A model generated the notes under the pieces. The model worked only from the letters and a program-made list of their open reading frames with translations, was not told the origin of the DNA and did no database searches. 64,000 nucleotides of DNA from Candidatus Poribacteria bacterium (lineage in GTDB: Bacteria > Poribacteria > WGA-4E > WGA-3G): the NCBI GenBank assembly GCA_965205025.1, contig CBDBFU010000015.1, positions 224,001-288,000 on the forward strand. Direction: 5' to 3'. Both the position numbers and the translations under genes were made by a program. Of this stretch, positions 30,856 through 39,629 are shown piece by piece; positions within the stretch are counted from its first letter, which is position 1, and each line of letters opens with the position of its first letter.

Positions 30856-31560
30856 TTATGATTGACTTATCTGTGCAACCCATCCAGAGGATGCATCACA
30901 ATAGAGGAAATCTTCACCGTAAATAGATAGTCCGTGTGGTTCAGGATATTCTTCTGCCACCTCAATCTTATTAAGGATTTTCCCATCATTCAGATCAAGT
31001 TTGACGATTACCCGTTCAGAAGTATGGACAACCCAGAGTCCATCTTCTACGCGAACTGTTCCATGTGCTCTACCGTAAGGTAATGGTAAGGTGTGTTGAA
31101 TTGACCAGTCAGAAATTTTCACCTTATGGATTTCTTGGTTTTTTAGTGTTTGTACCCAGAGGTGTCCTTCATCGAAATTGTCATATTCGACTCCGTGTGT
31201 GCCACCCCCTTCTGGTACAGGAAAACGCTCCAATGTTTCACCCGTATTTGGATCTACTTGGAAAATCTCACCGTCCCCTGGTTTTGCATCAGTTTCTCGG
31301 ATTTCTCGCCACCGATCTCCTGAACCGTTGGCAGCTAACCAGAGTGTCCCATCACCATAAGCCATGCCGCTTGTATTTGAGGATTCGCTTGGAATATCTC
31401 TTATATGTTTTGGGACATGGTATTCGTGATCACATGTGATTTCTACTAACATGACTCTATCTGTGATTTGGTCGACTAACCATAAACCTTCAGTAGTGAC
31501 CTGTAACCCATTTGGTACAGCATAAGGTGAGCGAAAAACTTTCTCTATTTTTATTTCCAT
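30856..31560 (-). CDS. Hypothetical beta-propeller protein (NHL/glutaminyl-cyclase-like)
   Basis: Start MEIKIEK at 31560; repeats PNGL, TSGMAYGDGTLW, THGVEYD, AHG...LW, PHGL. Confidence 0.6.
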   Translation of the reverse strand: MEIKIEKVFRSPYAVPNGLQVTTEGLWLVDQITDRVMLVEITCDHEYHVPKHIRDIPSESSNTSGMAYGDGTLWLAANGSGDRWREIRETDAKPGDGEIFQVDPNTGETLERFPVPEGGGTHGVEYDNFDEGHLWVQTLKNQEIHKVKISDWSIQHTLPLPYGRAHGTVRVEDGLWVVHTSERVIVKLDLNDGKILNKIEVAEEYPEPHGLSIYGEDFLYCDASSGWVAQISQS

Positions 31561-31775
31561 GTTAAAATAATTCCTTTTCGTATAACTTCGGTATTCCTTC
31601 AAGGATAACGTCTCATCTAATAATGAGTAAATGAGAAATGGGTATGCCCGTATTATACTCCTTCCGACGCGAATCACCACCGAATCGTGTGTGGCATTTA
31701 TCAGGCTTGAGTTCTGTCTGAATCAGGGATTAGACAGATTACACATAGATTAAGGGCATATTTTAACAACTATCC

Positions 31776-31851
31776 ATAGACATTCCGTCCCTACGGGACT
31801 CGGTTAGTTAGATAATCCATTTTCTATAGACATTTCGTCCCTATGGGACTC
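31776..31851. repeat. Two tandem REP-like palindromic units, 50-bp period
   Basis: ATAGACATTYCGTCCCTAYGGGACTC at 31776-31801 and 31826-31851; core hairpin GTCCC-TAY-GGGAC. Confidence 0.8.
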
Positions 31852-31996
31852 AAACCAAAGAGTGATATTCAAAATTGATGTCCCTCCAAGCAATACCATT
31901 CTTTTCGATATGTGCAGTATATGTCTCATCATATACTGTATCTTCTATTTCAATAGTATGAATATTGTCCATAGTAATCTCCTGGGAACATGGATT

Positions 31997-33070
31997 TTAG
32001 TATACACCTACAACCACACTTTCCTGTAGTTCTGTGAGTAAACGTAGGTTTTCAACACCATCCCATGGATATTCAGGTATAGGTTTTGCGCGTTCTGCCT
32101 CATCCCTTTCAAGGAAACGCGGCACAAAGAATTCTTTTGTCAAAGTAGTCAGCATTACACGACCTGTTTCTCCATATTCAACTTTCTGATCTGGATTTTC
32201 AGGATTCACCAGTTCTATGACAGCACGTGGTTGTGGTGGATAGTAAACAATGGCATAGTTATCTGCAGGATCAAATGGTTTACATGTTGCCAATCCCATA
32301 AGTGTATTACCATAGGTCGGAATGAAGTCTATTCCAGGAACAAGTTCCTCACGTGCGAAACGATGAAACTGTGCGTCCATCTCAGTTCCACCACAAAAAA
32401 TCCCCTTTATACCAACTTTTTGTAAAGATATTTTTTCACACAATGCCTCAAGAAGTTTAGGAGTTGTAAAAAGACATTGGACATTATCATGTGCTTTGAG
32501 TACATTTAATGCTTGGGATATAACGTGGTTTTTATATGCATCTAATTCTTCATTCTTTCCATAACGAACAAGTTGGTTTACCCAACGCGGATCAAGATCA
32601 ACGAGAAAGCAGATTCCACCGCGATGTTGAGCAAGATGTTCGACCGCTAAACGTAGACGTCTTGGACCTGTGGGGCCTAACATCAACCAATCACTTCCCT
32701 TTGGAAAACTCTCATCAGAAAGTGTTTGACTAAAGATTTCATAGTCAATTTGAAAATCATTGACACTAATCCGTGATTTTGGAATTCCTGTAGATCCCCC
32801 AGTTTCAAAGACGTATACTGGATCGTTTTCATAGGCTTTCGGTACCCATCTTCGGATTGGACCACCACGAAGCCATTCGTCCTCAAAATGTCCAAGACAT
32901 TTTAGGTCATCATACCCACCAATCTCTTTACGTGGGTCAAAATCTAAGTTGTCTGCATATTCTAACCAGAATGGACATCCTGTTTCTGGACTAAAATGCC
33001 AGTCAACAATTTCGCGAACATGTTCGTCCAGTGTGGTACGTGCCTTTTTTATTTTTTCTGTAATCTTCAT
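31997..33070 (-). CDS. EhpF/EsmB1-like atypical ANL-superfamily adenylating enzyme
   Basis: WHFSPETGCPFWL, ETGGSTGIPK, PTGP, DLDPRWV, TTP, GGTE, VEYGETGRV, ERD and C-terminal VVGVY match, in order, the motifs I recall for EhpF. Confidence 0.8.
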   Translation of the reverse strand: MKITEKIKKARTTLDEHVREIVDWHFSPETGCPFWLEYADNLDFDPRKEIGGYDDLKCLGHFEDEWLRGGPIRRWVPKAYENDPVYVFETGGSTGIPKSRISVNDFQIDYEIFSQTLSDESFPKGSDWLMLGPTGPRRLRLAVEHLAQHRGGICFLVDLDPRWVNQLVRYGKNEELDAYKNHVISQALNVLKAHDNVQCLFTTPKLLEALCEKISLQKVGIKGIFCGGTEMDAQFHRFAREELVPGIDFIPTYGNTLMGLATCKPFDPADNYAIVYYPPQPRAVIELVNPENPDQKVEYGETGRVMLTTLTKEFFVPRFLERDEAERAKPIPEYPWDGVENLRLLTELQESVVVGVY

Positions 33071-33164
33071 CTATAAACTTATATAAATTAAATCCTTATC
33101 TCAAGCATAACCAATTAGGTTTTCATTTCTAATAGAGTCAATATTTAGTTAACTCTAAATCAAC

Positions 33165-33189
33165 GCCGAATGCATGTAATGCATTCGGC
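33165..33189. repeat. Intergenic palindrome (REP-like or terminator)
   Basis: GCCGAATGCAT-GTA-ATGCATTCGGC. Confidence 0.6.
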
Positions 33190-33262
33190 AGATTTCAGGG
33201 ATAATTCTATCAATAGGATTCAGTTAAAATTACCAATAATTTGTACTTAGAAATTAGTTAAT

Positions 33263-34786
33263 CTATTCAGCAATAGCGAACAATCGATTACGTGTTACGA
33301 TGTATAACACACCATCTTTGGCTACGGGTGTTGTATACACTGCACTCCCCATATTGATCTGATTTATTACTTCCTTTGTCTTACCTGTCTTTAAGATGAC
33401 TACATCCCCATCCTCAGTACCCAGGTAAACTTTCCCATCAACAACATAAGGTGATCCCCAGATAGCTGCGAAGGTATCATGTGTCCAGTATAGGTCTCCA
33501 GTTTTTACATCTAAACAGTAGAGAAATCCGCTCAGATCAGAAATGTAAAGTAGTCCTTCATGGATTGCAACTGTTGACATAGTGCGATTAAATTGCTCAT
33601 TTCCGAAGTGCCATACTGCTGCAGTTGAGGTAACATCACCTTTTTGAGAAGCATCAATACACCAAAGATGTCCGACGCCTTCACCATGCTCAGGATCTTG
33701 TCCGACTGCTAAGAAAACTTTATCATCAAATACAACAGGTGTAGAGATGATATTATTGCGTGTTCCACGACCGCCCAGTTCCCATTCAGAATCTTTCGGA
33801 TTGCAATCAAACTTCCAGATAATGTTACCAGTTTCAGGTTCAAAGGAATATACCCATCCATCACCACCAGGGATAATAACTTGTGGTACACCTTTTATTA
33901 CACCGTATGCAGGATTTGACCATTGACCGTGTAATATATTTTCCCCGGGGGAAGCATCTTCCCACACAAGTTCCCCTGTATTTTTATTCAAGGCAATAAA
34001 ACTGGGAGCATCAGGTACAGGAATATGGATATGTGTTTCATCTACGCCATTACTTGTCTCTAAAAACAAGAGATCGCCAACAGCAAGTGGTGAACAGGTT
34101 GCCAGGTTATGCGGAAAGACATCTAACTCATCCATCATATCATAAATCCAGATGATATCTCCATCAATATTAGTATTTTCTGATTCCTCAGTATAAGGAC
34201 CGTCATTTTCTCCATCAAGGAAACCTTCAGTATCAATACAAACCACTTCACATCGATTAGAGATATAGTAGAGTCTGTCCCCTTCAATATATGGCGTTGA
34301 ACAGATGCCTTGCAGTGGCCAATCATTAACCCTTCCTGCAGGTAGTTTAGTGTGAGTGATCTGCCATAAAAATTCACCATCGGTTTCATTAAACGCTACG
34401 ATATTCCCACGATCACCAGTGAGTTTTGGATTTAGCAGTGCCTCATTATTAGTTCCAACAAATACCTTTCCACCTATAATAAGTGGACCTGCATAACTCT
34501 GTGACCCGAGTTCTGCTGTCCATTTGATATTCTCGCCTGTTTCATAATTCCAAGTTGAGAGGATGTTTTTCTCGTCAGAAACCATATTACGACTTAGTGT
34601 GCCACCCCATAATGCTATCTCTTTCTCTTCTGCTGAATGAGCATCGGCCTGACTATTTTGTGGAGAAAAACTTATAATGAGACCAAATAAAAATACTATC
34701 ATGTATTTAACTGAATGAACTATATTCTTTATGTTAGTTGTAAATTGTGCGGTATTTCTTTTACCGCTTCTGAATTCTAAAATCAT
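33263..34786 (-). CDS. Secreted PQQ-like beta-propeller protein
   Basis: Signal peptide; WGGTLSRNMVS, NIKW.A.LGSQSY, GICSTP, DGENDGP loop, HGQWSNP, propeller blades. Confidence 0.85.
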   Translation of the reverse strand: MILEFRSGKRNTAQFTTNIKNIVHSVKYMIVFLFGLIISFSPQNSQADAHSAEEKEIALWGGTLSRNMVSDEKNILSTWNYETGENIKWTAELGSQSYAGPLIIGGKVFVGTNNEALLNPKLTGDRGNIVAFNETDGEFLWQITHTKLPAGRVNDWPLQGICSTPYIEGDRLYYISNRCEVVCIDTEGFLDGENDGPYTEESENTNIDGDIIWIYDMMDELDVFPHNLATCSPLAVGDLLFLETSNGVDETHIHIPVPDAPSFIALNKNTGELVWEDASPGENILHGQWSNPAYGVIKGVPQVIIPGGDGWVYSFEPETGNIIWKFDCNPKDSEWELGGRGTRNNIISTPVVFDDKVFLAVGQDPEHGEGVGHLWCIDASQKGDVTSTAAVWHFGNEQFNRTMSTVAIHEGLLYISDLSGFLYCLDVKTGDLYWTHDTFAAIWGSPYVVDGKVYLGTEDGDVVILKTGKTKEVINQINMGSAVYTTPVAKDGVLYIVTRNRLFAIAE

Positions 34787-34789
34787 TTA

Positions 34790-35743
34790 TCACCATACCT
34801 TTAGATTATCATAATAGATTTCGGAAACGGAATAAGCGTATATACCGGGACTTCCCTCTCTATTCGGCAAGGGGTCTTCGGTTTTAATCGTCCATTCATT
34901 GGGTTCATCGTCCCCTGTCCGCCAAACTTTTCCATAAATCAAAGCTTTATCGTCGTTTATTTCAACCTTCATTTTCATTGTATACCAGACATCGGTCTCC
35001 CATGAGAAGGGGATTGTTTTTGCCATCCGCAGATCAGACGCCCAAGACCGAATCTGCAGCCGTTGTTGTCTACCCTGCATATCTAATGTATATCGATTGG
35101 CTATTAACCCCATATCTGGCACTCTACGTTTATCTCTTGTTCCCATCACATCGACTTGTATCTGGTAGTCACTCATTTTAGGTGGACCGATATATACATT
35201 TGACTTATCTAATCCGCGTTGTACAGGTATTTTGACCAATACTTTGTTACCATCTTTCTCTTTTACAAAATACTTTCCAGTAGCACTGATCCAATGTGTG
35301 GGAACTTTATTGAGTTCGATATTTTCAAAATCTTCACTCCATGGTAAAGGTGGAATGACACGAATTCGTGCTTCTGCCTTCATTTCACCTGATTGGATGG
35401 AGACAGTTCCTGCTTGTGCTCCATGACTAATATTCGGAGTGAATATATTGTCTGTGAGACTACCCATTAACCCATTTAAACCCCACTCTACAGAGCCAAT
35501 TGCACTTGTCTGATTCCCGTTTTCATCATAACCGATAACTGTAAGTTCAACCGGTTCACCAGATGTTGTCGTTTCAGCAGGAGTAAGAAGTAGATCAACG
35601 ACTGGTTCTGTACTCAATTTTGTTACTACTATCTCTTTGCTTGCACATCCAATCACAAGAAAACTGATAGCTAAGGTAATGCACAGCAGAAAGGGTAATC
35701 TCACAAGATTCTTCTTACTGATTCCAAAGTTTATACTTTTCAT
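34790..35743 (-). CDS. Lipoprotein with Ig-like and jelly-roll (lectin/DUF1080-like) domains
   Basis: Lipobox LVIGC; beta-rich; PLPWSEDFE, WYTMKM.V, GKVW, GSPGIY, YYDNLKV; start overlaps the upstream stop (TAATG). Confidence 0.65.
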   Translation of the reverse strand: MKSINFGISKKNLVRLPFLLCITLAISFLVIGCASKEIVVTKLSTEPVVDLLLTPAETTTSGEPVELTVIGYDENGNQTSAIGSVEWGLNGLMGSLTDNIFTPNISHGAQAGTVSIQSGEMKAEARIRVIPPLPWSEDFENIELNKVPTHWISATGKYFVKEKDGNKVLVKIPVQRGLDKSNVYIGPPKMSDYQIQVDVMGTRDKRRVPDMGLIANRYTLDMQGRQQRLQIRSWASDLRMAKTIPFSWETDVWYTMKMKVEINDDKALIYGKVWRTGDDEPNEWTIKTEDPLPNREGSPGIYAYSVSEIYYDNLKVW

Positions 35744-37059
35744 TATTCTCTCCCTATGCAGTAGATATGCTCTTCCGTGGTGAAATAGATGCGTCCATCT
35801 GATATTGCTGGTGATCCGAAGATTTCAACATAGTGCTCATCTTCTTCTCGAGTGATTTCCTGTATATTGAGAGATTCACACTCGTCTGCACCGGGTTGTA
35901 GAATATGAAACTTCCCATTAACCTCTGTAACGAATAACTTTCCATCCGCCCAAACAGGTGAACCTTTACCAACTGTACCGATACTATGTTCCCATATAAC
36001 CTTGCCGGTATCAGCATTCAAACAATACATATTAGCAGAATTATCTACAACATATAGTTTTCCATCTTTAACGGTTGGGGATGCATATCCTACATTAACA
36101 GCATCATAACGCCATACCTCATGGGTTTTCGTAATATCTCCAGTTCCAGTTGCATCGATACAGACAACGCGTCCCATTTCAGTGCTATCAAAGTTTTCTT
36201 CACTATGTGTAGCATACACCTTTGTACCAGAAACTATAACAGAGGTATTGATTCCGCGTTTACTCAGTTTAAAACCCCATACCATTTCACCGGTAGTCTG
36301 TTTCATTGCATAGATACTACCATCAGCATTCCCACCGATGATAAGCATTTGACCGTTGATATCAACAACTACTGGTGTTGAGTAAGTTGTATCAAGGGGT
36401 CTGCCACCCGGTGTTGATACCCAGATGAGATCTCCTGATTTTTTATCAAATGCAAAATAGCGATGCCTTGGTATAGATTGATTCCCCCATCCTACATTTA
36501 GGTAACTAACAACCACAAGATTTCCAGCAATTATCGGTGTATGAATACGACCACCATAACCAGAAATGCGTCCATACTCTTCTGTGAGTGAACGGGACCA
36601 GACAATGTTACCATCTTTATCAAAACAGAAAAAGAGTCCTTGCACACCATGTATGTATATATTTCCTGTTTCGGGATCTCCTACAGGACTTGTCCATCCA
36701 ACCCTATTGAAAGTGATAGTGGTATGAAAGACATTAAACTGGTAATTCCAAATTTCATCGCCTGTTTTAGCATCAAAGCATGTAATACGTTCTTGTTGTG
36801 TTATGTCTTTACCAATACGTCCAATTACATAGACTCTGTCATTCAATATAACTGGTGTTGAACGACCAATAAAATCAGCTTTCCAGAGAAGGTTTTCCCC
36901 ATCTATAGACCAATTTGAAACAAGTCCAGTTTCTGATGATGTTCCATCTTGATTTGGACCTCTCCAACTTGGCCAATCGCTTGCATTGGCATATATTTGG
37001 GTAAATAGTATTAGAGAAAAAATAGATATCCGATATATAATCGGTTTTAGATTATGCAA
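35743..37059 (-). CDS. Secreted PQQ-like beta-propeller protein
   Basis: Signal peptide then DWPSWRGP; YSTP, YASP, GSP blade motifs. Confidence 0.88.
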   Translation of the reverse strand: MHNLKPIIYRISIFSLILFTQIYANASDWPSWRGPNQDGTSSETGLVSNWSIDGENLLWKADFIGRSTPVILNDRVYVIGRIGKDITQQERITCFDAKTGDEIWNYQFNVFHTTITFNRVGWTSPVGDPETGNIYIHGVQGLFFCFDKDGNIVWSRSLTEEYGRISGYGGRIHTPIIAGNLVVVSYLNVGWGNQSIPRHRYFAFDKKSGDLIWVSTPGGRPLDTTYSTPVVVDINGQMLIIGGNADGSIYAMKQTTGEMVWGFKLSKRGINTSVIVSGTKVYATHSEENFDSTEMGRVVCIDATGTGDITKTHEVWRYDAVNVGYASPTVKDGKLYVVDNSANMYCLNADTGKVIWEHSIGTVGKGSPVWADGKLFVTEVNGKFHILQPGADECESLNIQEITREEDEHYVEIFGSPAISDGRIYFTTEEHIYCIGRE

Positions 37060-37326
37060 ATTTATAGCCTCCTACCGTTTGTATATACTATAAGTATAAG
37101 ACGTGAAAGGGTATGATTTGTTTATTGGAAGTCTTTCCATTCTATTGTGAATATCTGATAGTCTACATTATAACATTAAAAGTGCTTAACCTGAATGAAA
37201 TTGTGATAGAGGAATGGGTAATTCGGAGAATGGATAGGCAGCGAATTATTAGAGGATACCAGATTTGTCGTATTGGAATCTGTAAATTCTAATGATAAGA
37301 ATAGGTGTAGAAATACGGTCTGCTTA

Positions 37327-38169
37327 TTAATTATTCATCTTCAGGGATCCCCATACTGTTGATAATTTTTGAATTGGATCAACAGCAAGACCTACTTTAG
37401 ACTTAAAGTTCTGTGTTACTTCACCTGCTGTTAGGGGTCGATCGTAAATACGTACTTCATCGATTAACCCTGGGAAATGCCGTTCAACTTTACCACGATT
37501 ATTTGCTGCACCGATATAAACAGGTCTTACAAACGGGATAAATTCTTCTAAATTCTTCTCTTTACCAACAATTATTTCTCGAGATTCACCGTCTATATAT
37601 GCGCTGATTTTTGCTTCCGCTGCATCCTCAACTGCAAAGACAATGTGATGCCATTTTCCATCCGATAAAGCATATTCAATTTCAACAGCAATATCATTAC
37701 ACCCAGCAGCAGCATTCTGACGAATATAGAAATGAACAATGTCTTTTGCAAGTGGAAATCCTGCTTTAGCACTTCGGTTCACATCAATAGCCCAGGCCAT
37801 ATTGCATCCATCATCAAGGACTTTGAAAAGAGATGTCCAATCATTCCTAAAACTTGTTTTGACCCATGCTTCAAAAGTAGATTTTCCAAGTTTTTCACCG
37901 AAATCTCCAAGATTCGTTAGATTGACATAGTCATCTGAGCCATCGAATTCCAAGGCATCCCCAACTTTTCCCGCTACTACATTAGGATTTCCAACTATTG
38001 TACCGTTGTTTTTACCCCACACATCTTTAACAGACTTATCTTCAATATCCTTTTGATCGAATGTCCAATAACTCACAAGACCTTCAGTCACGACATTTGC
38101 AGAATGTACGATATTACACAATATCAAACTCACGATAGAGATTAACAGGATACTCATAAACCTTTTCAT
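37327..38169 (-). CDS. Secreted LamG-like jelly-roll protein with C-terminal 'KLSTVWGSLK' motif
   Basis: GLVSYWTFD, GKVGDALEFDG, DGKWHHIV, GLIDEVRIYDR. Confidence 0.9.
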   Translation of the reverse strand: MKRFMSILLISIVSLILCNIVHSANVVTEGLVSYWTFDQKDIEDKSVKDVWGKNNGTIVGNPNVVAGKVGDALEFDGSDDYVNLTNLGDFGEKLGKSTFEAWVKTSFRNDWTSLFKVLDDGCNMAWAIDVNRSAKAGFPLAKDIVHFYIRQNAAAGCNDIAVEIEYALSDGKWHHIVFAVEDAAEAKISAYIDGESREIIVGKEKNLEEFIPFVRPVYIGAANNRGKVERHFPGLIDEVRIYDRPLTAGEVTQNFKSKVGLAVDPIQKLSTVWGSLKMNN

Positions 38170-38344
38170 ACTAATTTCTCCTTACATAATATCACGGAGT
38201 GAATAAATAAATGGGTATGTATTGGTGATTTCACTGATTTATAGTGGTTGATATATATAGTATGAATTGTAGCATAAACAAAAAGATTGTGCATATAGAA
38301 AATGGCTATGGGGTGTGTAAAGTTCAAACTCACGTTAGATGTAT

Positions 38345-38499
38345 TATGGATACGGTATATTGTAGAAACTGTTAATTTTTGTCGTCTTGAAAAGTCTACA
38401 CTTTCACGGAAACCTTCACGGAGCAATTCTACGACCCCTTATTCTATAAGGGTTTATAATTTTACTTAGACCGATTCTCCGTGAATCACATATGTTAAT
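38345..38499 (+). repeat. ~150-bp dispersed repeat (IS end/MITE relic), copy A
   Basis: Homologous to the reverse complement of 62841-62995, including an identical 28-mer CTTTCACGGAAACCTTCACGGAGCAATT. Confidence 0.85.
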
Positions 38500-38548
38500 T
38501 TTACTATAACTATTGCATGAGCGAAAGGCATCTTTGGTTTTCATCTGA

Positions 38549-38674
38549 TACCATTTCTATAAATGTTTATCCCATAAATAATTGTTATACGTGGCTTGAA
38601 AAACTGCACAAACTGAAAGTTTATGCTACATTAAAGAGATTCTATTAATGTGACTTTTATTAACAGAAATGGTA
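38549..38674. mobile_element. IS630-derived MITE, copy 1
   Basis: TIRs TACCATTTC...GAAATGGTA match the IS630 right end; internal sequence is homologous to 43221-43331. Confidence 0.8.
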
Positions 38675-38677
38675 TAA

Positions 38678-39619
38678 CTATCTTTTCTTAAGTGTACCCC
38701 AGACAGTTGGTAACTTATGTGTTGGTTCTACACCTAACCCTATTCTGGATTGATAATTTTGAAGTACTTCTTCATAGGAGAGAACACGATCATAGACACG
38801 CACTTCATCAATTATTCCTCTAAAAAACTTAGTTGCTTTCCCATTCGTATTGACAGCACCAAGATAGATAGGTTCCGTATAGGGGAGAATGTTATCACGG
38901 TTTGGAACATTACGTCTACCCCTACTTTTTTGTTCTCCATCTACATAGAAGGCTCTCTCTCTCCACCCATTATCTGGTTCATCATTCAATGGTCCTCCAT
39001 CCACGTAGACAATATGGTGCCACTTTCCATCAGAAATTTGTGATGGAAATCCTGAAGTACGAGAACGACACCCATTCTGTTGTCTGTCACTCTGTTGTAA
39101 ATGAATTGAATCCTCTTTGGTAACTATATTATTTAGTGGGAAGAAAGGTCTATTTTGAAAATCTAATGAAGCATTAATTGATATTCCATATCCACGCTTC
39201 CTCTCGTCACAGTGAGGTGCTTCTATCACCCTATAAATTGGCATCCAACTGATTTTATAACTGGTTTTGACTATAATTTCGAATGTGAATGGGCCTAATT
39301 GACTCCCAAAATTACCGAAGTTTGGTATGACAACATAATTTCTTAGACCCTTTAATTCCAATCCTTGTCTTATGTATCCATCAGAGATATTCTTGTGACC
39401 GACAATTTCTGCGTGGTTTTCACCCCACACATCTTCAACTATATTTCCATCAATATTATTCAGGTCGAATGTCCAATAACTTACCAACCCATCTGTTACG
39501 ATTGGTGCAGCAACTATTGGTATGGTTAATGAAAAGTTAATTGCAATTGATAAATAAAGTAGACAACATTTCTTCATATCAAATAACCTGCATACTAAGA
39601 TACGTATTTTCTGACTCAT
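38678..39619 (-). CDS. Secreted LamG-like protein (tandem paralog)
   Basis: GLVSYWTFD, DGKWHHIV, IDEVRVYDR; ends KLPTVWGTLKKR. Confidence 0.9.
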   Translation of the reverse strand: MSQKIRILVCRLFDMKKCCLLYLSIAINFSLTIPIVAAPIVTDGLVSYWTFDLNNIDGNIVEDVWGENHAEIVGHKNISDGYIRQGLELKGLRNYVVIPNFGNFGSQLGPFTFEIIVKTSYKISWMPIYRVIEAPHCDERKRGYGISINASLDFQNRPFFPLNNIVTKEDSIHLQQSDRQQNGCRSRTSGFPSQISDGKWHHIVYVDGGPLNDEPDNGWRERAFYVDGEQKSRGRRNVPNRDNILPYTEPIYLGAVNTNGKATKFFRGIIDEVRVYDRVLSYEEVLQNYQSRIGLGVEPTHKLPTVWGTLKKR

Positions 39620-39629
39620 AGAATTATGG

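Noticed and set aside
31776-31851. Possible mini CRISPR array
   Set aside because: Only two units, a 24-bp spacer, no cas genes; fits a REP doublet better
25476-37059. Propellers as BamB or classical PQQ dehydrogenases
   Set aside because: No lipobox or bam context, no pqq genes, and I could not recognise quinoprotein active-site motifs
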